From Atractiella rhizophila (taxonomy: Eukaryota): a DNA stretch of 44,045 nucleotides. The stretch is from assembly GCA_021432655.1 (NCBI GenBank), contig MU271379.1, positions 1 to 44,045 of the forward strand, given 5' to 3'. Position numbers and translations under genes: made by a program. Of this stretch, positions 11,230 to 21,814 are shown one piece after another. Numbering within the stretch: the stretch's first letter is position 1; every line of letters begins with the position of its first letter. The notes under the pieces are model-generated. The model saw only the letters and a program-made list of their open reading frames with translations. It did not search any database and had not been told where the DNA came from.

Positions 11230-12160
11230 TCGTTTCCTCATCCTGCCAAGTGATGTTACTGTTGGCACTATGGATCCCGCTGTGATTTAGGAGAGATTAC
11301 TATGGCATGGGAGTATTGGGCAATGATATATTTGATTGCAGAGAATGAGCTCTACCTGAAATGTATACATTACTCCCACTTTCATCCACAGATCCCAAAA
11401 GAGTCCCAAAAGCGCCTTTAGCTGCACATTGCAACTGAGTAGACTCATCACACCAGAAATCCCAAAACCTCCAGGACAGGTCCAAAAAGTCTACGTGATG
11501 GGACAATTTGGGAAGGTTCCCAAAACCGTCCCAAACTGTCCCAAGTCCCCAAACCGAACTTGACAGGGATCGATCTCAAGATCCATCATACAACATTCAG
11601 TCCTTTGGTGCGATAACCATAGAATTTCGTAGTCCTCTGTCCTCGACTTCTTCTCCCTCATGTTGAGGAGACTATTACGATGTCATCTGATATGTGTACA
11701 AATAGGATTTCGGCGTGAATTATCTGGTACTGTGTGGGGTAGTTCCATCGATTGCGATTACTGATCATGCAGGTCTCATAAATCGATCCTACCTAATCCT
11801 ACATGTGAGACTCAATTGAGCATCTTGCATCGGTTACTGGATCGGTTATACAGCTTTGATGAGTGGCCGTAACAGTTAGCTTGAAACTTCTACCTAAGTA
11901 CGAGTGCTCCAGCAAGGCTCAAGAAACGTTTTTCCGGAAAGTCATGCTGCCCGTTGCGAGTGTGACAGCCGTCGCCATACATCTACCACCCTCCACTGTT
12001 GACTACAGTGGAACTAGGCGTGTTACCACAAGTTACCACTCGAAACTCGGACCCAAGAATGGCAATCGCCTTTTGGCCATATGGGCGTTTGGTGAGGGGT
12101 GAGGGGAAACACACACCAGCTGCGAACGAAGGCGGGAAGGGGCTGAGGAGTCGTGATGCC

Positions 12161-12167
12161 TATAAAA
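12161..12167 (+). promoter_or_regulatory. TATA box of the carboxylesterase gene
   Basis: TATAAAA about 75 bp upstream of the ATG at 12243. Confidence 0.5.
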
Positions 12168-12242
12168 CCAGCTGCTCGGGAGGAAGGTGGCCAGGCGAGT
12201 TCCCATACTTACCTGAAGAGCCTCCGCTACGCCACAAAAGCC

Positions 12243-14440
12243 ATGGTTTTGCTCACTTCCATTGCACTGTTGAGCTTTCATCTCGCTCAGCATGTATTTG
12301 CGGCACCAGCTACAACTACCAGGAAGCCGATGTAGGTCTTTGCTGCCCTGTTGGCCAAGAAAGGTTGTTAAAGCTTGACTCGAAGGAAGTGCTACCACTT
12401 GGTCGGGTATCTATGAAGGCTTCACGAACACCACGACGAATACCGATTGGTTTTTAGGTTCATCTTCCTTACTTTATAGCTCCTTCTCCTTTCTTGTTGA
12501 CCAAAGTTTCTTACCCATAAGGCATACCTTACGCCCAAACTCCACCGGACAGATTCAAGGCATCGAAACCGCTTGGACTGTCAACCAGTCTCAAAGTCCA
12601 TGATGCGAAACACTGGGGACCCGTCTGTCCGCAAACGCAACAGGGAAGCAGCTACGGTACAAACTATAACGGCACTGTTTCAGAGGATTGTCTGTACCTC
12701 AATGTTGTTCGACCTGCCAATATTGGGCTCAAGCCTCTTCCTGTTCTGGTTTGGATGTGGGTTGGCCCTTGCCTTCTCTTTAAACCTGGCTCATTGCGCA
12801 AATAGCTACGGAGGTGGTTTCACGGATGGAGCTGCCAGCCAGTATGACCCAACGGCTATTGTGACGAGGTCAATGGCGATTGGAGAGCCTGTCATCTACG
12901 TTGCAATGAACTATCGCCTCAAGTCCGTCCTCATTTCTTCGCCATATACGCCTTCTTCATGCTTGTGATAGTGCTTTCGGTTTCCTCCAACACAGCCAGG
13001 TCACGCAACCACAAGATTACAATCTTGGGCTCACCGATCAGCTGCAAGCGCTCAAATGGATCAAGGCCAACATTCTCGCATTCGGTGGCGACCCAACACA
13101 GATGGTATGTACTTCCCATTGTCTTCACTGCGATATGCTGAAACCGTCGTATAAGACTATCTGGGGTGAGAGCGCTGGTGGAGGTAGTGTAGAGACACAT
13201 GTCCTTTATGGACCTCCAGGTTTATTTAGAGCAGGAGCAATCGACAGCGGGTACATTCTTCGGTACGCCTTCTTAGTGTCGTCTTTCCTCTTGTTCAGCT
13301 TTGCTCTTCGGCAGTGGCTTCAATGCTCCGTCCGACACGCCTTTTTGGACGCTCGCCAACTACACCGGGTGCGGAACTCAAGCTTCAACTACTCCTCAGG
13401 CAGCATACGACTGTTTGAGGGCTTTACCGTTTGCACAGCTCCTGGCACAATCGCAGCAAGTCATTCAAGGCAGACTGGCTGGTTATGCCCCTGTTGTTGC
13501 AGGGAACTATGTAACTGAGTCCCCAAGAGCAAGGGTGGAAGGGAAGAGGTATAATAGGGTGCCACTGATTCAAGGAACGAATAAGAATGAGGGGTAGGTA
13601 ACACCTTTTTCCCATGAATTTGCTGATGTAGTCGTACCAATCTAGCTTTGCGACTGGAACCAATACCCATGAAACGTTTGTCGCCGCAGTCCAGCTCTCA
13701 CTCAATGTCACTACTGCCAAAGCAGAAGAGATTGTTGCAGCTTATGAGAATGATGCAAGTCTGCAGGGCGCTAGCTACACGACAATGGTAAGGTCCACCG
13801 CACAATGCAACAGAGGTCAGAACTAACGATCTGTGGCTGTATGACAAAGCTTGGCTACTTCAGTGGTGACACTGCCTTCCTGGCATCCACCCGTTTCCTT
13901 GCCTCCCACTTCGTTCAGACCCAGTCAGTCTTCTCATATCACTTCAGCCAACCGCCCCCTGGACCATTTGGTGACACCGCCGGAGGTATGCTTCTTCTTG
14001 CTGACAATCTGCGCACAGTGTGAGGCTGAGGTGTCTTGTTCGATTATAGCTTATCATTCAAGCGAACTTCACTGGCCTTTTGCAACTTGGCCCACAGACG
14101 GTACGGCTTCTGACCCCGCGGCCTTCCTGAGGCTGCAAAACGAATTTATCGATTATTGGGTATATGTTCTTCTACGATTTTGAACAGGACCTTACCTTTC
14201 TTCCTAGATCAACTTCATCAATAAAAAAGATCCCAACGGAAACACAGGTAAGCTTCATTTCATCTCTTCCGTACCTCAATGGACCACTCGCTGATCGGGT
14301 CTTCCCTATTAACAGTGCCAGCATGGCCTTCGTACTCCACGGGCCAGGATATCCAGTTCACTGCTGTGAACGGCACTGCTCCTATCAGTGATGACTTCAG
14401 GAAAACAGCGACCACTTTGATTGCTGAACTTCTTGGCTGA
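12243..14440 (+). CDS. Secreted type-B carboxylesterase/lipase (alpha/beta hydrolase), multi-exon
   Basis: Signal-peptide-like MVLLTSIALLSFHLAQHVFA, then FLGIPYAQ, SEDCLYLNV, VLVWIYGGGF, NYRL, NLGLTDQLQALKWI..NI.AFGGDP, WGESAGG (catalytic Ser), GTNKNEG (Glu) and YHSSEL (His). Stop TGA at 14438-14440. No lesion was seen in the exons traced. Confidence 0.9.
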
Positions 14441-15879
14441 GGAGCAGTAAACAAATGTCAGATTCCAGACAAAAACTTTAAATGACAAAGACCTTCAAAA
14501 TAACTGAAACATACCTCAACATAGGTACAAAGCACAAAATTTCAAAGCTAATGACGATAACGCGATGGAAGTAAGCCGGGTATGAATCCTAAATACCTAA
14601 TCCTGCTCTTAAAATCCTGGAGGGAACAAGTGGACGACGTGAATTCGTCGAGGGTATTCAACCTGCGAGTCCACCTTGCTACTTCAGAAGAGAGATTGGG
14701 AGTGAAAACATTGGAAACGCTTGGTCATGGGAAGGCTGCTTGAAAGAACGTTACCCAATGTATCCCTAAGTAACTGAATCTGGTCCGGCGAATCACTAGC
14801 AGACGGCGAGGACTCTTCCACACTTGAAGGCTGTACAAACTCTTGGATCCTAAGATGAAAGTCGCAACGCTCTCCTTCGAGTCGCTGTCGTTCTTCATAT
14901 AGGTACTTGAATGTGTCCTTGAGAGCGCTGTCAGCATAGACGTAAGTCAAGCTCGTTATGCCTTCCATCAACCTGTGTCGGTGTGTCAATGGCTGACAGA
15001 ATGATTTCGAAAGCATACCAAGTAAGATCAACGAAGGAGACGATTGCACAACGAGCTTCACCTTATGGATCCTTGGCTATGATTTCCTTCTGTTCGCTGA
15101 GAATTCTAATGTGCTCAGATATAATGCTGGTGTAAATGCACGTTTGAACTGCGCGATCCTCAGCTATATCGTGCATCAGTCCGATTCCATACAATACAGA
15201 GGAAGGTGCCCTGGCAAGCCCTTGTAGAGAAGCAAAAGGCTGACAATGCTTTCCGGACAGGAGATAAATTCGTTCCTGTCAGGAGATAAGTCGTCGGATA
15301 AGCTGATTGTTTATCAGGTTGGCATCAACATTTCGGGCAGTGAGAACCATGCACTCTTGGAAGTATTGCCTTAGCTGATCACGATATAGGTCTTCAGTCA
15401 TGGTGTTAAGCCCAGGCTGTTCCTTAGATGCCGTTATGTTCATATTTTACGTGATTGATGATGCAAGGATGCTCGACCCCAGAGCCCCTCATCGTCGGCA
15501 CGCGATGCCGTCAACAGTCTATTTGGAAAGCGCATTATGGGCTCCGTCTCCCGGTTCGTACCCTTCTACTTCCACCTCGTGCCAAAGGTCACCCCAATGC
15601 AAAGCAAATACTGTGTCGAACGCTCCTCTGTACCCGTCGACGTCGTGCGTACCGAACGCTAAGTCCGAGCCTCCTTGGAGAAGAGGAAGACGGACCCAAA
15701 CGGTCGCTCCTATGTCTCACTCCTCCAGTCTCCCTCACAATCTAGAGCTTCGTCTCCGGCCCCTACGAACCATGCTAGCGCCTTGTTGTTGCCTTTGAGC
15801 CCGTCGCATCATACGGGGGAGGAGGAGTTTCCTGTGGGAGAGGAGAAGAAGAAGAATAAGGATTTGAAGGTGAGTAGGT

Positions 15880-16236
15880 TCTAGACGATCAGTTGATGGA
15901 ACGTCAACGGACCAAAGAGTAACAAAGAAGTGCGGGAATCTTCATAGACTGAAAACTGGTGGATAAGATAAAATATTTTATTTTGGGGCTTATACTTTTG
16001 TACGATTATCTGCTCATGAATATTGTATGCTCGTTTCATGAAACAGTGATTGGGGGTTTCATTTGATAATTCACTTTTGATAACCAGCAAATTTAAACAG
16101 GCAAACACCACATTTATCTGGTACAACTGGAGCCCATCAACATACATGAACTTTGCTGTCTGATAAGTTTATTGCGTACAATTTGGTTTAGACATAACTG
16201 GGGCCCGAATTTGGTTATATTTGCAGTCTGGCAGGG
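15880..16236. mobile_element. Orphan terminus of a second CACTA/CMC-like element
   Basis: AT-rich tract ending ...TTTGCAGTCTGGCAGGG (CCCTGCCAGAC on the minus strand), the same CCCTG style as the 11568 terminus. No partner end was found in the window. Confidence 0.4.
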
Positions 16237-18549
16237 TGAGGACTGTCAAATGTGAGGGGACGGACGTCAGACCTCTCTGATGGTCACGTTGGAAGCAAGA
16301 AAAGAGTCAGCTGTTCGAAGTGATGGTGTCTGTGCCTGCAATTGCGAATATCATGGTTTGATGGTTTGATCCTTAACCATTCCCTTTCCCACTCTGCAAG
16401 TCAGCCGAGTTATTTCGAGGAAGGGGAACATGTTGGTGAAAAGTCGCCGTCGGATAGATAAGCTGCTCGCGAAGGACGAGACGAGATATGTGGTATTTGA
16501 GAGGCTCGGAGTCATTAAGCAGAGCCGGTGTGGGCCTTGAATAGAGGAGAGTGTCGGTTTCGGTTTCGGTTTTAAGAGAAGTCTGTACGCAAGACACTGG
16601 AGCAGGAGTAACTCATGTATGAAATCCTGCGAATTGCCCCTCCTTTCCCCTTTCCGCCTAACCGTCACCTCTTAAGTCCTAACCGCTCTGCAACCCACCA
16701 CCCCTTATCCTCTTTCATTCACCCCCGAACCACATTACAAGAAGAGACTGATATTCTCATCTGTCGTTCTCCTTCCTGCACTTCAACACCCTCCCTCAGC
16801 CAGTGAGCCAGAAGAAGGTTCAGGATCCTGAGACATTCCTGTTGTCGTTTAAGGACGGTTATTCGTTGAAGGAGAGGACGGAGGATGTCACACCATCATC
16901 GTCGTCGAAACTTCTTCTTCCACGCATCAATCCTGGAAGCACTGCGGCTATTCGAAGGAAATAAGCATATGTTTCTCACCTCGAAGGCTGTGAGTAAGAA
17001 ACAATCAGCTAATATAGAGGGTTTTCTGTGAAAGACCAAGGAGAGCAAACTCGTTGACTCTGTCCCTTGCGAGGTCACGGACGATGTCTTCTAGGTAGAT
17101 GCTCAGCAGTCTGGTGACAATGAGGAAGACGAAAGCGATGATCTATTCTGACAACATGCAACGCGTCATGCTCGGCTGCCTTTGGTAGGACATAAGGTAC
17201 GGGGCGAGGGATGAGGTTAACATAAGAAGGTATTTCCAAGCGCTAAGGCATTGGAACCTCATTGCGAAGTCTTTCCACGGAATCCACCTTAATCTACATT
17301 TCCAAAAGAAGTCTCCAATGGGCATTCGCTCATTCTTCGGTCTCCCTCAAGACCTCGATCTGCTTCGTCGTTAGGTTACTCGGATAAATTTTGGTCGGCG
17401 TGTACGCGATCCTATTTACCAGTCTCCGCCCTAAGTGTCCATGGAGGGACGAGGGGTGATACTGGCAGCAGATTTGAAGGAGGGTCTGCCTCTGATTGCC
17501 TGGTTGAATCATCAAAGAAGCCGAACCCCTCATTGAGGAGGAAAGGGGGCCGAATACAGGAACGGGGTGTCATTGTTCTCCTCCTCACTCCCTCAACAGT
17601 TATCGTCCAGATCTCCTCCGTCATGGATCCGCGGACACCTACAAAGCCGCTCCGGTAGTCGCCTCTAGACAGCTCATAAGGAGCGACAGGTTGATGGTGA
17701 TCAGTGGCGCGGCGATAGGTAGCTACCCAAATCTCCTTCCCCAGACAAACAGATTCAGTCTTCGTAAATCTCTTGAAGCTTGAGAGGCATCAAAGGTGTG
17801 CCATCTTCCGTATCGCCTTCGGATAGGCCAGTTTACCGAGCGCAGCCGCTGTCGTCAATCTAGCTCCCTTGTCTCCTAAGTCAATGTAGCGCCCTTGTCT
17901 TCAGAAATGGAGGTGTACAAACCACGGTTTCGTCTTTTGATGATTAACATGATGGTAAATGTGCCTGTTTTGTGACGCAATCAACAAAAGCACTGAGTTG
18001 AAGGACGAAGCTTACGGACGTGCCATAATGTTTCTCATGTACACTGAATTAAGAGAAAGATTGACGCAAGTGAACGCTCACCTCGCACCTCAAAAACTGA
18101 ACGGACTGCAATGCTTGCCGACCTGATGCACTTATCTTTTGGATTATCCATGTTGCCGTTGTGAACTCTTGAAGTTGAAGAAAGAAAAAAGGTCAGTGGA
18201 GCTTTATCACTAGATAGTGTATGTATTTACGCATTCCTGTCAGTCCGTATCCGTAGTTAGACACGAAAAGTAAAGCAAGAATCAGGTCTTGACATCCGTC
18301 TGTAATAGCTGTCAGGGTTGCATTCCATAAGAGGTAATGAAGAGCATATGTTTCTGCAATGAAAGAGGAGGAGACCGATTTGATTTTTGTAAACAAGTGT
18401 GTCAGTGCCCTCATCCCCTTGGACCCCAGCCTCCGGCGGCCACAGCGTGGTCTGCCAGCCACTGTGTGGGGCCTCGCCTTCGGCAAGCACAGACTCACCA
18501 TATGTACCCTACTGTCTTCAAAAAACAATGAAAGCTGAGTGTTGACTAT

Positions 18550-19520
18550 ACTGTTAGGAACATGCTGAGTACTTGTAACACTTCCTTGTAAACTATATTA
18601 TCTGTTTGCTTGTTTTCTTCTCCTTGCTTTGTTTTGACCAATACTCGTAAATTGTTTGCGTTTGAAACCATGAAAGACCAACATAAAGCTGTCCATGAGA
18701 GAAAGGAGAAGACTCTAAGTACAAACCCACATGTCCAACAGATTGTCCTTGCGCTTTATTCAGAGTTAAGGCAAACGCTAAGTGTACAGGGAATTGAAAG
18801 TGCCGGAATTGAAAAGGAAGCTGGTTTGATACTGCACTGTCAATACCGATTTGAGGAATGAGAACTGATTCGCCACTGTGTGCAACAGTAATGATGGTTA
18901 CTTCGATGACTCGTCGGAGAAGCTGAGTGGCAATGAGCCGCGTGCCATTGCACAGGCCAGCAGATGGATCGAGATTTCGCAGAAGAATGATGGGTACACC
19001 GGTCTTGAGGTGTAAACGAGTGAAGGGAATCCAGAGATCTCCAGGGTATTCAGGTACTCAACAGAGAAGCAATTCCTGAGATCTCCCTCGTCATCTATAA
19101 TTTGATCTGCACTATAATATACCCGATCTCCTGTGGATTCGAGCCACTGAATCAAGCAATCGTTGATGCCATCCATATCCACATTCTTTGCTGCTAGAAT
19201 CATACGAACCCGGAAGTATTCTTGAAGGAAGCTCAGAGCAGGGATATTTGGCAGAGAACCTAGTTGTCCATAAATTGAGTGCAACAGACCATCTAGTCCT
19301 TCATGGGATGGGCTAATAGACCCATCTGGTATCGTTAAGGCTCCACATCCATTGTCTGATGGATTATCAGTGAGACCATTTCCAACATCAAGGAGCCACT
19401 GGGCAAATCTGGTTACATGCTGAAATTCGGCCTGTTGGCCGCGAAGAAGGCGCATATTGGTTTTCAAAGGCAGGACTTAAACATTCTGCCAGAAAGAATT
19501 AATGATGCAGGCATCCACAA
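18550..19520 (-). pseudogene. Helitron PIF1-family helicase, C-terminal half (frameshifted)
   Basis: LKTNMRL, FAQWLLDVGNG, ILAAKN..D.IN, YYSAD, EYLNTL, QFPVHLAFALTLNKAQGQSVGHVGLYL, PFSHGQLYVGLS and terminal NIVYKEVL. Confidence 0.9.
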
Positions 19521-19616
19521 CGTACAAAGTAATCCCCAAGTAGAGAGGTGGTGTGCCTCAAGATCCATGTCAGGTGAGTAGTTGAATGTAGGATAGTGAT
19601 GTTGCCTTATTTCGCC

Positions 19617-19991
19617 TCACAACAACAGGATTAATGCCCTATCCTCATCACTGTCCACACCATCAGGATCAGAAGAGGATGGGTATGATCGGGCTTCTTC
19701 TTCACTGTACTCCTCAGGGGAGGGTGAATGCTGTCTCCGATGTCGTCGAGCTGATCGTGACGATATAGATAGTGAAGAGCTTCGATGGCGCCGCTGACAC
19801 TGACGTGGAGCCCTACTTGATCTTGTCTCATGTTGAGGTGGAGTAGGTGGAGTAGGATTAAAACGTGCAGGGCATTGCCTCTCTCTTACAGGTCGACCTT
19901 GGTGTAGTGGTGCCTCCTGCTGCAGAGATTGATGCCGTTTGGATCGGCACTCTCGATTTCTTGTTTGATTTCTCTGAATTGCACGTGGCAT
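19617..19991 (-). CDS. Arg/Ser/Pro-rich ORF in the Helitron 5' region (possible first exon of the element's gene)
   Basis: ORF MPRAIQRNQTRNR...RRHRRQHSPSPEE lies between the 5' terminus and the helicase remnant. No recognisable domain. Confidence 0.3.
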   Translation of the reverse strand: MPRAIQRNQTRNRECRSKRHQSLQQEAPLHQGRPVRERQCPARFNPTPPTPPQHETRSSRAPRQCQRRHRSSSLSISSRSARRHRRQHSPSPEEYSEEEARSYPSSSDPDGVDSDEDRALILLL

Positions 19992-20299
19992 GAGAGTGTA
20001 GCTTGCTGCACATAACAAAATGATATGAGTGAAGAATATATAAGCCAGAGTCCACACACCTATGCTTTTTTTGCTTGATTTGACTTGATGCTAATGGGCT
20101 CAGGGATACTATGGTAGACTGTTAGGAAGCATATTTGTAGTGGTGGTGAAAGAAACTGTTTCACCTGCATGAATGCTTGCTCACTTTCCCTCATAGTTGG
20201 CAAACAACAGTTTTTGGCAATCAACATGAGAAATCTCAGAAAGCCCTGAAGAAATCACATGCACGCAGTTTGTGCACAGCAGGATTTGGCAGTGACAAA

Positions 20300-20385
20300 A
20301 TATGACATGACTGAGACTCAAACCCACACCAACACCAATCAGTTAAGACCCAACTACCAACCCAACTACACCATCATACAAACTC
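20300..20385 (-). ncRNA. Decayed tRNA-like cassette within Helitron copy 3
   Basis: Minus strand reads TGATGGTGTAGTTGG ... GTGGGTTTGAGTCTCAGTCATG. The B-box CpG has mutated to TpG. Confidence 0.4.
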
Positions 20386-21814
20386 TTTACCTTGTAGGCT
20401 TATTTGAGTAGGTAAGGAAATTTTGTCCAAGTGCTGAAGTCAGTCACTTGACTCAGTCATGGAAGACAACTATTTTTTGTCCTTTAAATAAGCTTTATTG
20501 TATACGGTTGGAAAGGTGCTGACACGCGTATTCTGGTGGTATGCTCAGAATTTTGATGGGGTTGTTGTGGATCAAGAAGTCAATTGAGTCAGTAAGGAAA
20601 ACAATTTTTTTTTGTCTTTCAAATAGGCTCTATTGTATACGGTTTGAAAGGCGCCGACATGCGTATTCTGATGGTATGCTCAGATTACTGGTAGGGTCGT
20701 TGTGGGTGGTGAGAGAAGTGCTCAAAAGTACATGCGCGAGTCATGTTAAAACCTGTCGTGCTTTATATATAAGGATATCCCTGCAATTTCGTTGCCATGG
20801 CTCCGGCTCCATCCTCAGCTCTTCTCTTTCATCCTCATCCTGCTCCTTTGATCCGGTATAAAGAGCTGGTCAGGTCCCGTCAAATCAACCTAACCTTTGG
20901 AAAGTAAGGTGGTATGGATGTGTTCTGCTGCAGCATAGAGGCAGGTTTTGTAAGCATGCAAAGTTACCTCAGGGACTGAGGAAACTTGCTGGAATCATTT
21001 CCAGATGTTGTGAATGCTTTGAGCCCATTTGATATTCGATGTTGATAAGGGATGAATGGCGCCATCCTGAGAACGCAGCATGGAATGGAGCAGTGTTATC
21101 TTCTGCCTGGGAAATCAAGCTGATCCAAAAGAGCGACACATTTCTTATACAAGCTGATATTTTCTGTGGAACTATTAGCATTGATACGGATACTAATACA
21201 GTGCAAAGAGACTAGCGTACAGCATCAGCATGCCGAGGATTGTCGTGTAGCAGAGACCAAAGTTTTATGTGGATATGATGTGAAGACGTCGAAGCATGAC
21301 AAATAAAATATGCTAGGCATGCACAAATAGTGATGTTATCGGTTATCGGACACAGTGTGTGAAGACGGTCTATATTGCACATGGATACAGCAAAACAAGA
21401 GAACTCCGAATAATAAAGAATGTTGTGAAGGTAACGCCTCAGTCGACAGTTGTTTGTTCATCAGAAGGTTAGTATTGAGAAAGCTGTAACTCTAACATCA
21501 ATGATCACTGACTGGAGGAACTAAGAACACACCTCTTTCTCAATGTCAAACTTGCCACCAATTGCATAAACATTCAGTACCACATCTTCAGCGTCTGGCC
21601 TGGGAACTTCAGGGACAGCAAAAGTCTAGTAGGATATTCGATCGTAAGAACGACTCATAGAGGAGGAGAAACATACATCTAACTGCACGTTATTATTGAG
21701 AACGGTCGACCCAGTGTGGTGAGACGATGTCATCCTTGGCCTTGTTTCGCTGATACAGCAAGAATGCTGGTGAGGATTCACATGAGCCACTAAAGAGTAA
21801 AAGTTCCATACCAC

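Larger units (their letters stand above)
6016..11568. mobile_element. CACTA/EnSpm-like element, left end lost, right terminus at 11568
   Basis: Transposase plus a divergent second gene. The terminus reads CCCTGTCAAGTTCGG on the minus strand and is preceded by clustered TCCCAAA/TTTGGGA subterminal repeats (11390-11555). Confidence 0.65.
18210..20775 (-). mobile_element. Helitron copy 3, internally deleted non-autonomous element (about 2.57 kb)
   Basis: 5' A|TC at 20775 and candidate 3' CTAG|T at 18210-18213, preceded on the minus strand by a decayed hairpin TGCGT-AAAT-ACATA. It contains the C-terminal half of the helicase. Confidence 0.75.

Noticed and set aside
14600..15860. Coding gene(s) downstream of the esterase
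   Set aside because: The frames look coding-like but are interrupted, with no recognisable motif, so a gene model cannot be supported.
16240..18200. Gene remnants between the orphan terminus and Helitron copy 3
   Set aside because: Only short ORFs broken by stops, and no family was recognisable by eye.
4990..20775. One giant TIR (Mutator-like) transposon defined by the long inverted repeats
   Set aside because: The repeats begin A|TC, lead into PIF1 helicase and recur at 1-473, so they are Helitron 5' ends. No TSD was seen.
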